Origin: Armatimonadota bacterium
GTDB taxonomy: Bacteria > Armatimonadota > UBA5829 > DTJY01
Direction of reading: 5' to 3'
Length of the DNA: 64,000 nt
NCBI GenBank assembly: GCA_023511795.1
Contig: JAIMAU010000012.1
Span: forward strand, 2,008-66,007
Shown here: positions 30,629-40,339 of the stretch, piece by piece
Position numbering within the stretch: the stretch's first letter is position 1
Layout: each line of letters begins with the position of its first letter
The notes under the pieces: generated by a model
Databases searched by the model: none
What the model was told of the DNA's origin: nothing
What the model saw: the letters and a program-made list of their open reading frames with translations, nothing else
Program-made: the position numbers and the translations under genes

Positions 30629-30913
30629 TTACTGGACTATGGCGAGAACATCATCTTGTCGGAGGACAACATACTCCTCAGAGCCAATTTTTATTTCTGT
30701 GCCGCCATATTTGGAATAGATAACCTTGTCTCCTGCCTTGACTTCCATAGGAACAACTTTGCCATTTTCCATGGTCTTCCCTGGACCTACGGCAATTACC
30801 TCACCCTCCTGTGGGCGTTCCTTAGCGGTGTCAGGAAGTACAATACCTCCCTTTGTCATTTCTTCACCCTTTGTTGGCTTCACAACGATTCGATCAGCAA
30901 GTGGCTTCAACAT
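30629..30913 (-). CDS. groS: Co-chaperonin GroES
   Basis: [13 protein letters not shown] followed by the mobile loop. The ATG at 30913 lies 7 nt after GGAGGTGG. Confidence 0.95.
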   Translation of the reverse strand: MLKPLADRIVVKPTKGEEMTKGGIVLPDTAKERPQEGEVIAVGPGKTMENGKVVPMEVKAGDKVIYSKYGGTEIKIGSEEYVVLRQDDVLAIVQ

Positions 30914-30946
30914 GTTATATCCACCTCCGTTCAACTTAACATAGTT

Positions 30947-30973
30947 TTAGCACTCTACGGGTGAGAGTGCTAA
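30947..30973 (-). promoter_or_regulatory. CIRCE operator (HrcA binding site)
   Basis: TTAGCACTC-TACGGGTGA-GAGTGCTAA matches the CIRCE consensus TTAGCACTC-N9-GAGTGCTAA perfectly. It sits 34 nt upstream of the groES start. Confidence 0.9.
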
Positions 30974-30981
30974 CGCCCATT

Positions 30982-31011
30982 ATCATACTATAAACTCACT
31001 TCGACATGCAA
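30982..31011 (-). promoter_or_regulatory. Candidate groESL promoter
   Basis: The minus strand reads TTGCAT-18 nt-TATGAT. The -10 ends 8 nt upstream of CIRCE, so the operator would overlap the transcription start. Confidence 0.4.
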
Positions 31012-31014
31012 CCC

Positions 31015-31809
31015 CTAATCATTTGGATGCAAAGAAACGCCAAGTAATGATGCTATCATCTGGGCATTTTTAGCTGCATTACCGGCATGATGATTGTTAA
31101 AAAATAAGTATGTTCGGTCGCAAGATTCGGCCAGCTTGCGAATTTTCGGAACCCATTCTGACAACTCCTCATTTGTGTACAAATAATCATAACGTTGCCA
31201 CGCTTCCTCATGAGTCCACCACTTTTCAGCGTTCCGTCCGTGAAAACGCACATAGCCGATTGCTGAAGTTGCTACTACTACATCTGGCATTAGGCCGTGC
31301 AATCTGGGCTCATCTACACAACAAAATCCAATGTTATGCTCCCTTAGCAGTTCAAAGGTTTCTTTTGAAATCCATGAGGAATTCCGAAACTCAACAGCTA
31401 CGGGCAGTTCACCAAACTCATGTCTAAGTTTGCGCACTCTATCCATATTTTCAATATTTTTCCGAAAGCTCCAAGGATATTGTGCAAGGATACACCCCAA
31501 CTTCCCCGATTCGTTTAGTGGCGAAATTGCCATTTTAAATTGCCTAAAAAAATCCAAATTTACTTCCGGGCTATGCGTCAGCTCTTTGTAAGCCTTAACA
31601 ACGAAGTCGAAATCGGTAGGAGTTTTCTCTACCATTCGCTTGAAAGTATTAGCAGAAGGAATCGCATAAAAGGTCGAATTTACTTCAACAGTGGGAAACT
31701 TGCTTGCATAATAAGCAAGCATTTCTGACTTGGAAATACCTTGTGGGTAGAAAGGCCCCTTCCAATCATCATAGCTGAACCCAGATGTGCCAATGCGAAT
31801 TTCTCCCAT
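31015..31809 (-). CDS. DUF72 (UPF0759/YecE-like) family protein
   Basis: The N-terminus IGTSGFSYDDWKGPFYP and the overall 264-aa TIM-barrel-like pattern are typical of DUF72. Confidence 0.85.
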   Translation of the reverse strand: MGEIRIGTSGFSYDDWKGPFYPQGISKSEMLAYYASKFPTVEVNSTFYAIPSANTFKRMVEKTPTDFDFVVKAYKELTHSPEVNLDFFRQFKMAISPLNESGKLGCILAQYPWSFRKNIENMDRVRKLRHEFGELPVAVEFRNSSWISKETFELLREHNIGFCCVDEPRLHGLMPDVVVATSAIGYVRFHGRNAEKWWTHEEAWQRYDYLYTNEELSEWVPKIRKLAESCDRTYLFFNNHHAGNAAKNAQMIASLLGVSLHPND

Positions 31810-31892
31810 GATTTACAATTGTACCACCGCTTTATTAAGCTTGACCTCGATGCTTACATTCTGCTTTTCATCAGGAAGTTCTAAACTTGGTG

Positions 31893-32690
31893 CTAGACAG
31901 ATCGGATAATTGCAATGAAATCGGAAACTTTTAAGCTTGCACCTCCGACAAGCGCACCATCTATCTCCGGCTGGCTAAGGAGTTCTTCGGCATTATCAGG
32001 TTTTACGCTTCCACCGTACTGTATCCTAATACCATCAGCAGCTTCATTGCCAAACATCGAACGTACTAATCCTCGAATCATGCCGCATACTCGATTAGCC
32101 TCTGCGGCATCGCATACTTCACCTGTGCCAATAGCCCACACTGGCTCATATGCGATAACCATACCTGCTGCCTGCTTCGGCGTCAATCCATTTAACCCTT
32201 TCTCAACTTGAATTCGAATAACATCATCAGTCTTGCCAGCTTTTCGTTCGTCGATTGTTTCACCAACGCAGACAATCGGCACAAGCCCTCCGCTAAAAGC
32301 CGCATGAAGCTTGAGATTTACGCTTTCGTCCGTCTCAGCGAAATATTTGAGCAAATTAGGGGGCATATCAGCGTCTACCTTGCCGAAGCGTCCTCGTGTC
32401 TCTGAATGGCCTATGATGACATACGTGCACCCTGCATCAGCGAGCATTTTGGGCGATATTTGACCTGTATACGCCCCTTCTGTCTTCCAGAAAACGTTTT
32501 GCGCCCCAACACCTACATTCGAACCCATTAGCGTTCGTGCGACTTCATAGATTGCAGTAAATGGCGGGCAGACAATTATCTCGGCATTTTTGACGCCGGC
32601 AACTTCGGTACGAAGGCGTTCGACAAAATCAACTGCCTCACCAACTGTCTTGTTCATTTTCCAATTGCCAGCAATTAGGGGTAACCTCAT
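31893..32690 (-). CDS. tpiA: Triosephosphate isomerase
   Basis: Motifs IAGNWKMN, IGHSE, AYEPVWAIGTG and YGGS. Confidence 0.95.
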   Translation of the reverse strand: MRLPLIAGNWKMNKTVGEAVDFVERLRTEVAGVKNAEIIVCPPFTAIYEVARTLMGSNVGVGAQNVFWKTEGAYTGQISPKMLADAGCTYVIIGHSETRGRFGKVDADMPPNLLKYFAETDESVNLKLHAAFSGGLVPIVCVGETIDERKAGKTDDVIRIQVEKGLNGLTPKQAAGMVIAYEPVWAIGTGEVCDAAEANRVCGMIRGLVRSMFGNEAADGIRIQYGGSVKPDNAEELLSQPEIDGALVGGASLKVSDFIAIIRSV

Positions 32691-32724
32691 TTTTATTTCC
32701 TTCCTCTTGAGTTATTCTGAATTT

Positions 32725-32757
32725 GTATGCCCCCGAAACAGCGTTTTGGGGGCATAC
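32725..32757 (-). other. Strong intercistronic hairpin between pgk and tpiA
   Basis: GTATGCCCCCGAAAC-AGC-GTTTTGGGGGCATAC forms a ~15-bp stem including one G-T pair. No U-tract follows on the operon strand. Confidence 0.5.
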
Positions 32758-32802
32758 AGTGTGCAATGTGATTATTTGGAATGCATTGTATTAGGAAAAG
32801 CC

Positions 32803-34011
32803 CTATTTATCGTTTAATGCTGCAACACCAGGGAGTTCTTTGCCTTCAAGGAATTCTAGCGATGCCCCACCACCAGTTGAAACATGGCTCATTTTATCCG
32901 CAAGTCCCATCTGCTCTACTGCGGCAGCGGAATCTCCGCCGCCTACTATTGTTGTTGCTGTTGATTCTGCCATGGCCTTGGCAATCCCTAATGTACCATT
33001 TGCAAAGCGTGGGTCTTCAAATACCCCCATTGGACCATTCCATACCACGGTGCGCGCAGACTTGATTTTCTGTGAAAACAGTTCTACTGTTTTCGGACCA
33101 ATATCTAGGCCACGGTATCCTTCTGGGATGGCTGTTGCAGGTACAATTTTGATGTCAACATCTGCGGGGACGCCTGAGGGTATATCGAAATCTGCCGGAA
33201 GTTCGACTGCAACCACGTCTACTGGCAATTCAAGGTCTACACCAAGGGCTTTTGCCTTTTCCATTGCATTCTTTGCAAGCTCGATTCCTGGTTTATCAAC
33301 CATTGAGTTTCCAACCTTATACCCCTGCGCAACCAGGAATGTATAGATCATTGCGCCGCCAATTAAAAGTGCATCAACCTTGTTGAGGAGATTTTCAATT
33401 ACGGTGATTTTGTCAGAAACCTTTACACCACCAAGCACTGCAACAAAAGGCCTATCTGGATTGGAAAGCGCTTTACCTAGATACTCTATTTCTTTTTTCA
33501 TTAGGAAGCCTGCAACAGCAGGAAGGTAGTGCGCAACACCCTCAGTAGAAGCATGGGCACGGTGGGCAGTGCCAAACGCATCATTTACATAGATCTCTGC
33601 TAGTGAAGCAAGCTTTTTTGCAAATTCGGGGTCGTTTTTTTCTTCCTCTTCATAAAAACGAATGTTTTCCAAAAGGATGACATCCCCGGGCTTCATCTCG
33701 CTTACGGCAGCCTCGACCTCTGGGCCTATGGCATTATTAAGCTTTTTGACCGGTTTTCCAAGAAGTTCACTGAGTCTTTTCGCAACTGGATCCAACCGCA
33801 ACTTATCGCTTGGCCCTTTCGGACGTCCAAGGTGCGTTACAAGGATTATTTTCGCATTGTGGTCGATTAGGTATTTTATAGTGGGTAATGCAGCTACTAT
33901 TCTGTGGTCGTCGGTGATGTTGCGATTTTCATCGAGGGGAACGTTGAAGTCAACTCTGACTAGTACTCGTTTATTGCTGACATCAATATCCTCAACATTT
34001 TTTTTGTTCAT
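32803..34011 (-). CDS. pgk: Phosphoglycerate kinase
   Basis: Motifs [25 protein letters not shown] and [13 protein letters not shown]. Confidence 0.95.
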   Translation of the reverse strand: MNKKNVEDIDVSNKRVLVRVDFNVPLDENRNITDDHRIVAALPTIKYLIDHNAKIILVTHLGRPKGPSDKLRLDPVAKRLSELLGKPVKKLNNAIGPEVEAAVSEMKPGDVILLENIRFYEEEEKNDPEFAKKLASLAEIYVNDAFGTAHRAHASTEGVAHYLPAVAGFLMKKEIEYLGKALSNPDRPFVAVLGGVKVSDKITVIENLLNKVDALLIGGAMIYTFLVAQGYKVGNSMVDKPGIELAKNAMEKAKALGVDLELPVDVVAVELPADFDIPSGVPADVDIKIVPATAIPEGYRGLDIGPKTVELFSQKIKSARTVVWNGPMGVFEDPRFANGTLGIAKAMAESTATTIVGGGDSAAAVEQMGLADKMSHVSTGGGASLEFLEGKELPGVAALNDK

Positions 34012-34148
34012 GGAAAACTCCTCCCTATAAAACGACGAATAAGATTTTCAGTGTTTCTTTATCAGGCGTCGGGATCGTTAGGTAATTATTTAAAAACTTT
34101 CACCCGACGACCCCGACCGTCCTTAGCAGAATCACCAGTTAATAGGAA

Positions 34149-35207
<1,059 letters not shown>

Positions 35208-35229
35208 TTACCAGACCAGAAAGCACTCT

Positions 35230-35265
35230 AATGGTTTTTCATTCGGCTGTCGAATGAAAACCATT
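35230..35265 (-). terminator. Hairpin downstream of yvcK-like gene (terminator-like, no U-tract)
   Basis: AATGGTTTTTCATTCG-GCTGT-CGAATGAAAACCATT forms a ~15-bp stem with one bulge, 40 nt after the stop. No T-tract follows on the minus strand. Confidence 0.4.
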
Positions 35266-35304
35266 GTATTTTAGCCAAGGGTTGTATGTGTGTCAAGCTT
35301 TCAG

Positions 35305-36648
35305 CTATCTAGGCAGGAATGATTTTTCAAACACCAGCCTAATAATAGCCTGAGCAAGCTTTTGGGGGTCATGCCGTACTACTTCGGTTTCACTGATGTA
35401 ATTCCCCGTTACAGGTTTATACCCCATTTCACGGATTGCATCTACATCGGGCGAAACCAGCTCAGCACCTTCGCGCTGATACTTCTCTAGTAGACGGATA
35501 GAGGGAACTTCTTTGTTCACGAGGACATAATTGAAGATGCGCTTTCCCGTATGTTCAAAAATTGCCTTTACGTGGTCAGAAGCACGATAGCCATTGGTCT
35601 CACCAGGTTGCGTCATCACATTGCATACGTAAATCTTCACAGCGTCAGAATCCATTATTGCCTCTACCATACCTTTTACTAGAAGGTTTGGAATCACACT
35701 AGTGTAGAGGCTTCCCGGACCAACAACAATAGCATTAGCAAGCCTGATTGCTTCCAAAGTTTCATCAAGCGGCATAACATCTTCCGGAAAAAGTGATATA
35801 CGTTTTATTGCCAGAGGTGATTTTGTGATGTTAGTTTCGCCTTCTAAAATAGAACCATCCTCCATCTCCGCCCGAAGAACTACGTTTTGCAGAGTAGATG
35901 GTAATACGCGCCCGCGGATTGCGAGAATATTGCTTGTTTCCTTTATTGCTCTCTCAAAATCACCAGTAATGTTAGTCATGGCGGCTATTAGCAGGTTGCC
36001 AAAAGAATGGCCTGCCAACCCATCGCCTACCTCATCAAACCGATGCTGGAATAGTTCGGTCATTAGCGGTTCTGCGTCTGCCAAGGCGACAAGACAGTTC
36101 CTAATATCACCAGGAGGCAACATTCCAAACTGTCGCTGAAGTCTGCCCGAGCTACCGCCGTCATCGGTTACCGTAACAATCGCCACGATATTACTCGTGT
36201 GTTCCTTTAAACCCCTTAGGAGGGCAGAAAGGCCTGTTCCCCCGCCGATTACGACCATCCTATGTCCCTGAGCGAGATGGCGGCGCTTGTAAATTACATC
36301 GGCTAGACGGTCCTTATCCTGCGGACTTATCACGCTGGCGATGGATGCAATTACCTGCCGGAAGCTTACGAATATCAACGATAACCCAACTAAAATGAAG
36401 AGAATAGAAAGAGGGATATAGACTCTTGGTTCGCTGAGGTTTAATGGCTTTGGTAAAAACTCACTGCTCGTCTGATAGACCCAATTTGCAACATTGTTAA
36501 GGTAATCAACTACCTGAGTATTTGTAATGAGGGTAACTCCGATTATTACTAAGAACACGCCGATGGGTGTCAGGAATAACCAGCGCTTTACACGCATGCC
36601 AGGATAAAGCCATTTAAGCGCGCTTTTTAACCTTCTCTTCCATGGCAT
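35305..36648 (-). CDS. YvcK/CofD-like gluconeogenesis factor (UPF0052) with N-terminal membrane anchor
   Basis: The core IGGGTGLSALLRGL...VTVTDDGGSSGRL...GDIRNCLVALAD is typical of YvcK. About 120 aa of N-terminal extension carries two hydrophobic helices. Confidence 0.85.
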   Translation of the reverse strand: MPWKRRLKSALKWLYPGMRVKRWLFLTPIGVFLVIIGVTLITNTQVVDYLNNVANWVYQTSSEFLPKPLNLSEPRVYIPLSILFILVGLSLIFVSFRQVIASIASVISPQDKDRLADVIYKRRHLAQGHRMVVIGGGTGLSALLRGLKEHTSNIVAIVTVTDDGGSSGRLQRQFGMLPPGDIRNCLVALADAEPLMTELFQHRFDEVGDGLAGHSFGNLLIAAMTNITGDFERAIKETSNILAIRGRVLPSTLQNVVLRAEMEDGSILEGETNITKSPLAIKRISLFPEDVMPLDETLEAIRLANAIVVGPGSLYTSVIPNLLVKGMVEAIMDSDAVKIYVCNVMTQPGETNGYRASDHVKAIFEHTGKRIFNYVLVNKEVPSIRLLEKYQREGAELVSPDVDAIREMGYKPVTGNYISETEVVRHDPQKLAQAIIRLVFEKSFLPR

Positions 36649-36655
36649 TACAACG

Positions 36656-37516
36656 CTACTCCTTTGCTACATCCCTGTGCTTGACAATTACTTTGTAGTT
36701 TTTACCCTTCAAAAAGGCAGCTAGCTTATTGGCTATAACGACAGACCTGTGTCTGCCCCCGGTGCATCCAATTGCTATATTCAAATATGCTTTTCCTTCA
36801 TTTTCATATTGCGGCAATGAAAAATCAATTAAACCAAGAAGCCGCTGCATAAACTCTTTTGTCAATGGGTCATTGGTAACATATTCTTCAACTGGCTGGT
36901 CGCGGCCGTCGAACGGGCGCATTTCAGGCACATAATGGGGATTTATGAGGAACCGAACATCGAAAACGAGGTCTGCATCAAGTGGAAGACCCCATTTAAA
37001 CCCAAAGGAAGTAACCGTTATAATTAGTCCAGCGTCCGAGCTGTCGTCTCCAAAATAAGTCACTATTTCAGTTTTTAAGCGCGCCGGGTCAAGCTCTGAG
37101 GTGTCTATCACTTTGTCGGCTAGCTCTTTCAAGTCTACAAGCATCTTTCGTTCCAATGCTATGCTCTCTAGAATGCCATGGCACCTGTCAAACAAGGGAT
37201 GTTTGCGGCGCGTTTCCTTAAACCGCTGTACGAGCACCTCCTCGCTGGCATCGAGGAAGAGGATTCTAGCTTTCTTGAACCCATCGAAAAGGATTGGCAG
37301 CGCCCGCGCAAGGTCGGAAAGGAGTTCCCCCGAGCGAACATCTACCACAACAGCAATTCTTTCGTCGGCGCATTCGCTGTTTCTGCAAAACTCGCGCAAG
37401 TTCGGCAAGAGGTTTGGAGGAAGGTTATCAACGCAGAAATAACCCATGTCCTCAAACGCCCTAATCGCAAGCGTCTTTCCTGCGCCAGACATCCCTGTTA
37501 CAATAACAAGCTGCAT
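36656..37516 (-). CDS. rapZ: RNase adapter protein RapZ (YvcJ family)
   Basis: Walker A GMSGAGKT, the VDNLP motif, and the C-terminal GCTGGRHRSV. Confidence 0.9.
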   Translation of the reverse strand: MQLVIVTGMSGAGKTLAIRAFEDMGYFCVDNLPPNLLPNLREFCRNSECADERIAVVVDVRSGELLSDLARALPILFDGFKKARILFLDASEEVLVQRFKETRRKHPLFDRCHGILESIALERKMLVDLKELADKVIDTSELDPARLKTEIVTYFGDDSSDAGLIITVTSFGFKWGLPLDADLVFDVRFLINPHYVPEMRPFDGRDQPVEEYVTNDPLTKEFMQRLLGLIDFSLPQYENEGKAYLNIAIGCTGGRHRSVVIANKLAAFLKGKNYKVIVKHRDVAKE

Positions 37517-37522
37517 ATTCCC

Positions 37523-37882
37523 CTACTTCCTATGTCCAATTAGATTATTTGCCAAGCCGCTGATTATTCCCATTACAATCGAGCCGAATAATGCCGCAAG
37601 CGGCCCCTTCACTACAAAACCGGGAACAAGCTGGCCGGCAAGCCAAAACATCAAGCCGTTGATAAGAAATGTAAATATCCCAAGCGTTAGGCAATTCAAC
37701 GGAAGCGTGAGGATTACTACAATGGGCCTGATTAGTGCATTTATAATCCCAAGAATTACCACCGCAAGCAAAGCTGAAAATGCGCCAGTAAGTCGAATTT
37801 CCAATCCAACCTTTTGAGCCAAAAACGCAGTTGCATACAAAGCCAACACGCTAATTAGCCACCTAATCGCTAAGCCTTTCAT
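37523..37882 (-). CDS. Small 4-TM membrane protein (phage holin family IV / YvlD-like)
   Basis: 119 aa with four hydrophobic helices. Sequence style (ILGIINALIRPIVVILTLPL..LTLGIFTF) matches that family from memory. Confidence 0.6.
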   Translation of the reverse strand: MKGLAIRWLISVLALYATAFLAQKVGLEIRLTGAFSALLAVVILGIINALIRPIVVILTLPLNCLTLGIFTFLINGLMFWLAGQLVPGFVVKGPLAALFGSIVMGIISGLANNLIGHRK

Positions 37883-37927
37883 CTAGCCGTACCCCTACCC
37901 TATTCAAAACAAAAAATTGCCAAAACT

Positions 37928-38440
37928 CTACACAACTGCCGCACGTTCTAATTCAAGCAGTCTTGCCTTCATGTCAATGCCACCACTAAATCCGCCCAGC
38001 TCGCCATTTGATTTTATCACGCGGTGACATGGGATTATAAGCGGGATTGGGTTTTTGGCAAGCGATTGACCGACCGCGCGATACGCCCCCACTCTTCCAA
38101 TCCTTTCAGCAACCCAAGCGTAAGATCGAACATCTCCATACCCAATCTCCGACGTGGCATCCCAAACAAGGCGGTCAAATTCATTCTGCCCGCTTAAATC
38201 TACCTCACAATTGAAGTTAACAGTCTCCCCCTTAAAATAACGAATGATTTGCTCAGCAATTGAATCTAAATCACTATCTGATTCGATAGCAAGCTCACTC
38301 GTTCCTTTAATTAGCCTGCAATAAGCCTCATCCCTAGTAACTACCGGGAGCGAAAGCCTGCAAATGCGACCGTCGGCATCTCCAAGTAATCCAACCCAGC
38401 CAAAACAGGTGTGTATCAATCTGTATATCTTTTTGGTCAT
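37928..38440 (-). CDS. ogt: Methylated-DNA-protein-cysteine methyltransferase
   Basis: Active-site motif IPCHRV and the upstream helix-turn-helix segment (YRAVGQSLAKNP). Confidence 0.85.
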   Translation of the reverse strand: MTKKIYRLIHTCFGWVGLLGDADGRICRLSLPVVTRDEAYCRLIKGTSELAIESDSDLDSIAEQIIRYFKGETVNFNCEVDLSGQNEFDRLVWDATSEIGYGDVRSYAWVAERIGRVGAYRAVGQSLAKNPIPLIIPCHRVIKSNGELGGFSGGIDMKARLLELERAAVV

Positions 38441-38443
38441 TTC

Positions 38444-40261
38444 TTAACTATTCTTTAACCGTTCGTGTATTTCCTCTGCAATCGGTTTGGTTATGCCAGG
38501 CACCTTGAGAAGGTCCTCGATGCTAGCTTGCTTTATAGCCACAACCGAACCAAACTGTTTTATGAGCGCCCTCCGACGCTTCGGCCCAATCCCTGGAATG
38601 TCGTCAAGCAGTGATTTCTTTGCCTTCTTCTCGCGAAGCTTTTGGTGATATGCGAGCGCAAACCTGTGAGCCTCATCGCGGATTTGCTGCAAAAGATGCA
38701 GTGCCTTCGAATCGGGTGGAAGAAGCATCGGCTCAGGTCTTTCGGGGACGTAGATTTCCTCAAACTGCTTCGCCAGCCCAACAACTGGAATCGTCAGCCC
38801 CGCCTCCGAAAGCACCTCTAGAGCGGTGTTCAGCTGGCCTCTACCACCATCAATCAACAGAAGGTCCGGCAAATTGGCGAATCTTTCTTCCTCTTTCTTC
38901 GCAAATCTTCGCCGGAGAACTTCGCGCATCATCCCGTAGTCATCCGGTTGGTCGATTGTTCTAATCTTGAAACGGCGGTAGTCCGACTTCGCAGGCATTC
39001 CGTCCTCGAAGACAACCATTGACCCAACTGCTTGCATCCCTTGGATATTTGATATATCGTATGCCTCAATGCGACGCGGAAGCTTGGGTAGCTCCAATAC
39101 TTCCATCAACGCCCCCACCATTTCCATCTTGCGCGATTCATCCTCGGCCGAGAGCTCTGCTTCCCGTTCCGCGGCAAGCGCCGCATTGACCGCCGCCATC
39201 TCCACAATTTTCTTCTTCTCACCACGCCGCGGGTAAGTCAGACGAACCGCCCCGCCCCGCTTAATCTTCAGCCACTCCTCAATTACTTCTCTGTCCGGAA
39301 GCTCGTGCGAAATGAGTATCTCCGGTGGAACGCTTGCGCCCCTGCCGTAGTACTGCTTGACGAACTCCTCCAGCGCATGCTCAGCCGTCTCATCGGTTAT
39401 CCCCTCCATGAAAAACGTTTCCTGCCCAATGAGACGCCCAGACCTAATAAAGAAAACTTGGACGCATGCAGTTCCATTCTTGGTCGCCAGAGAGATAACG
39501 TCTTGCTCCGCATGCGCAGTGCTGATTATCTTCTGCCTTTCAACTACCTTGTTAATAGCTTCGATTTGGTCCCGCAGACGAGCCGCTCTCTCAAACTCAA
39601 GATTCTCAGCCGCCAGCTCCATTTCCGCGACCATCCGCTTCACCAGCGATTCGTGCCGCCCCTCGAGAAATAGGCAGGTGTCCCGTACCAGGATGGCATA
39701 TTCCTCAGCGCCAATCTTCCCCGAACAAGGAGAAAGGCACTGCTCAAGATGGTAGTTCAAACACGGCCTGTCTTGCTCAGAACCACTAAGCTTTTTGTTG
39801 CAGCTTCGTATCTTGAAGACCTTCCGTATTAGGCGCTGGGTGTCCCGCACTGCTTCCGAGTTCGTGTAAGGCCCAAAATACTTGTTTCCGTCCTGCTTCG
39901 ACCGGCGAGTTATGACTACGCGGGGAAAAGGTTCGCTCAAAGTTACGCACAGGTATGGATAATGCTTGTCATCCCGCAGGCGCACGTTGTAGCGCGGCCG
40001 ATGCTGTTTGATTAGGTTGCATTCGAGCATCAGCGCCTCAACTTCGCTGTCGGTAACCAGCCAATCAACGTCGGCAACCTTCGCAATCATTGCTGACACC
40101 TTCGCAGGATGCATCTGCCCTTTTTGAAAATATGAGCGGACGCGCGCACGAAGCGAAGCGGCTTTTCCAACGTAGATGACCTCTCCACGCTCGTCTTTCA
40201 TCATATAAGCCCCGGGCTTCGCCGGCACGTGGGCTAATTTCTTCTCTAGGTCTGCGTTCAT
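38444..40261 (-). CDS. uvrC: Excinuclease ABC subunit C
   Basis: GIY-YIG N-terminus (GAYMMKD...VIYVGKA), a UVR domain, an Endo V-like domain and a C-terminal (HhH)2. Confidence 0.95.
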   Translation of the reverse strand: MNADLEKKLAHVPAKPGAYMMKDERGEVIYVGKAASLRARVRSYFQKGQMHPAKVSAMIAKVADVDWLVTDSEVEALMLECNLIKQHRPRYNVRLRDDKHYPYLCVTLSEPFPRVVITRRSKQDGNKYFGPYTNSEAVRDTQRLIRKVFKIRSCNKKLSGSEQDRPCLNYHLEQCLSPCSGKIGAEEYAILVRDTCLFLEGRHESLVKRMVAEMELAAENLEFERAARLRDQIEAINKVVERQKIISTAHAEQDVISLATKNGTACVQVFFIRSGRLIGQETFFMEGITDETAEHALEEFVKQYYGRGASVPPEILISHELPDREVIEEWLKIKRGGAVRLTYPRRGEKKKIVEMAAVNAALAAEREAELSAEDESRKMEMVGALMEVLELPKLPRRIEAYDISNIQGMQAVGSMVVFEDGMPAKSDYRRFKIRTIDQPDDYGMMREVLRRRFAKKEEERFANLPDLLLIDGGRGQLNTALEVLSEAGLTIPVVGLAKQFEEIYVPERPEPMLLPPDSKALHLLQQIRDEAHRFALAYHQKLREKKAKKSLLDDIPGIGPKRRRALIKQFGSVVAIKQASIEDLLKVPGITKPIAEEIHERLKNS

Positions 40262-40339
40262 CTTACTCTAACTGCCTTCAAAAGGGAACTTAGGGAGTCT
40301 TTTAGCAAAGTTAACAAAAACGAATGGCTTTCTTCTTCC

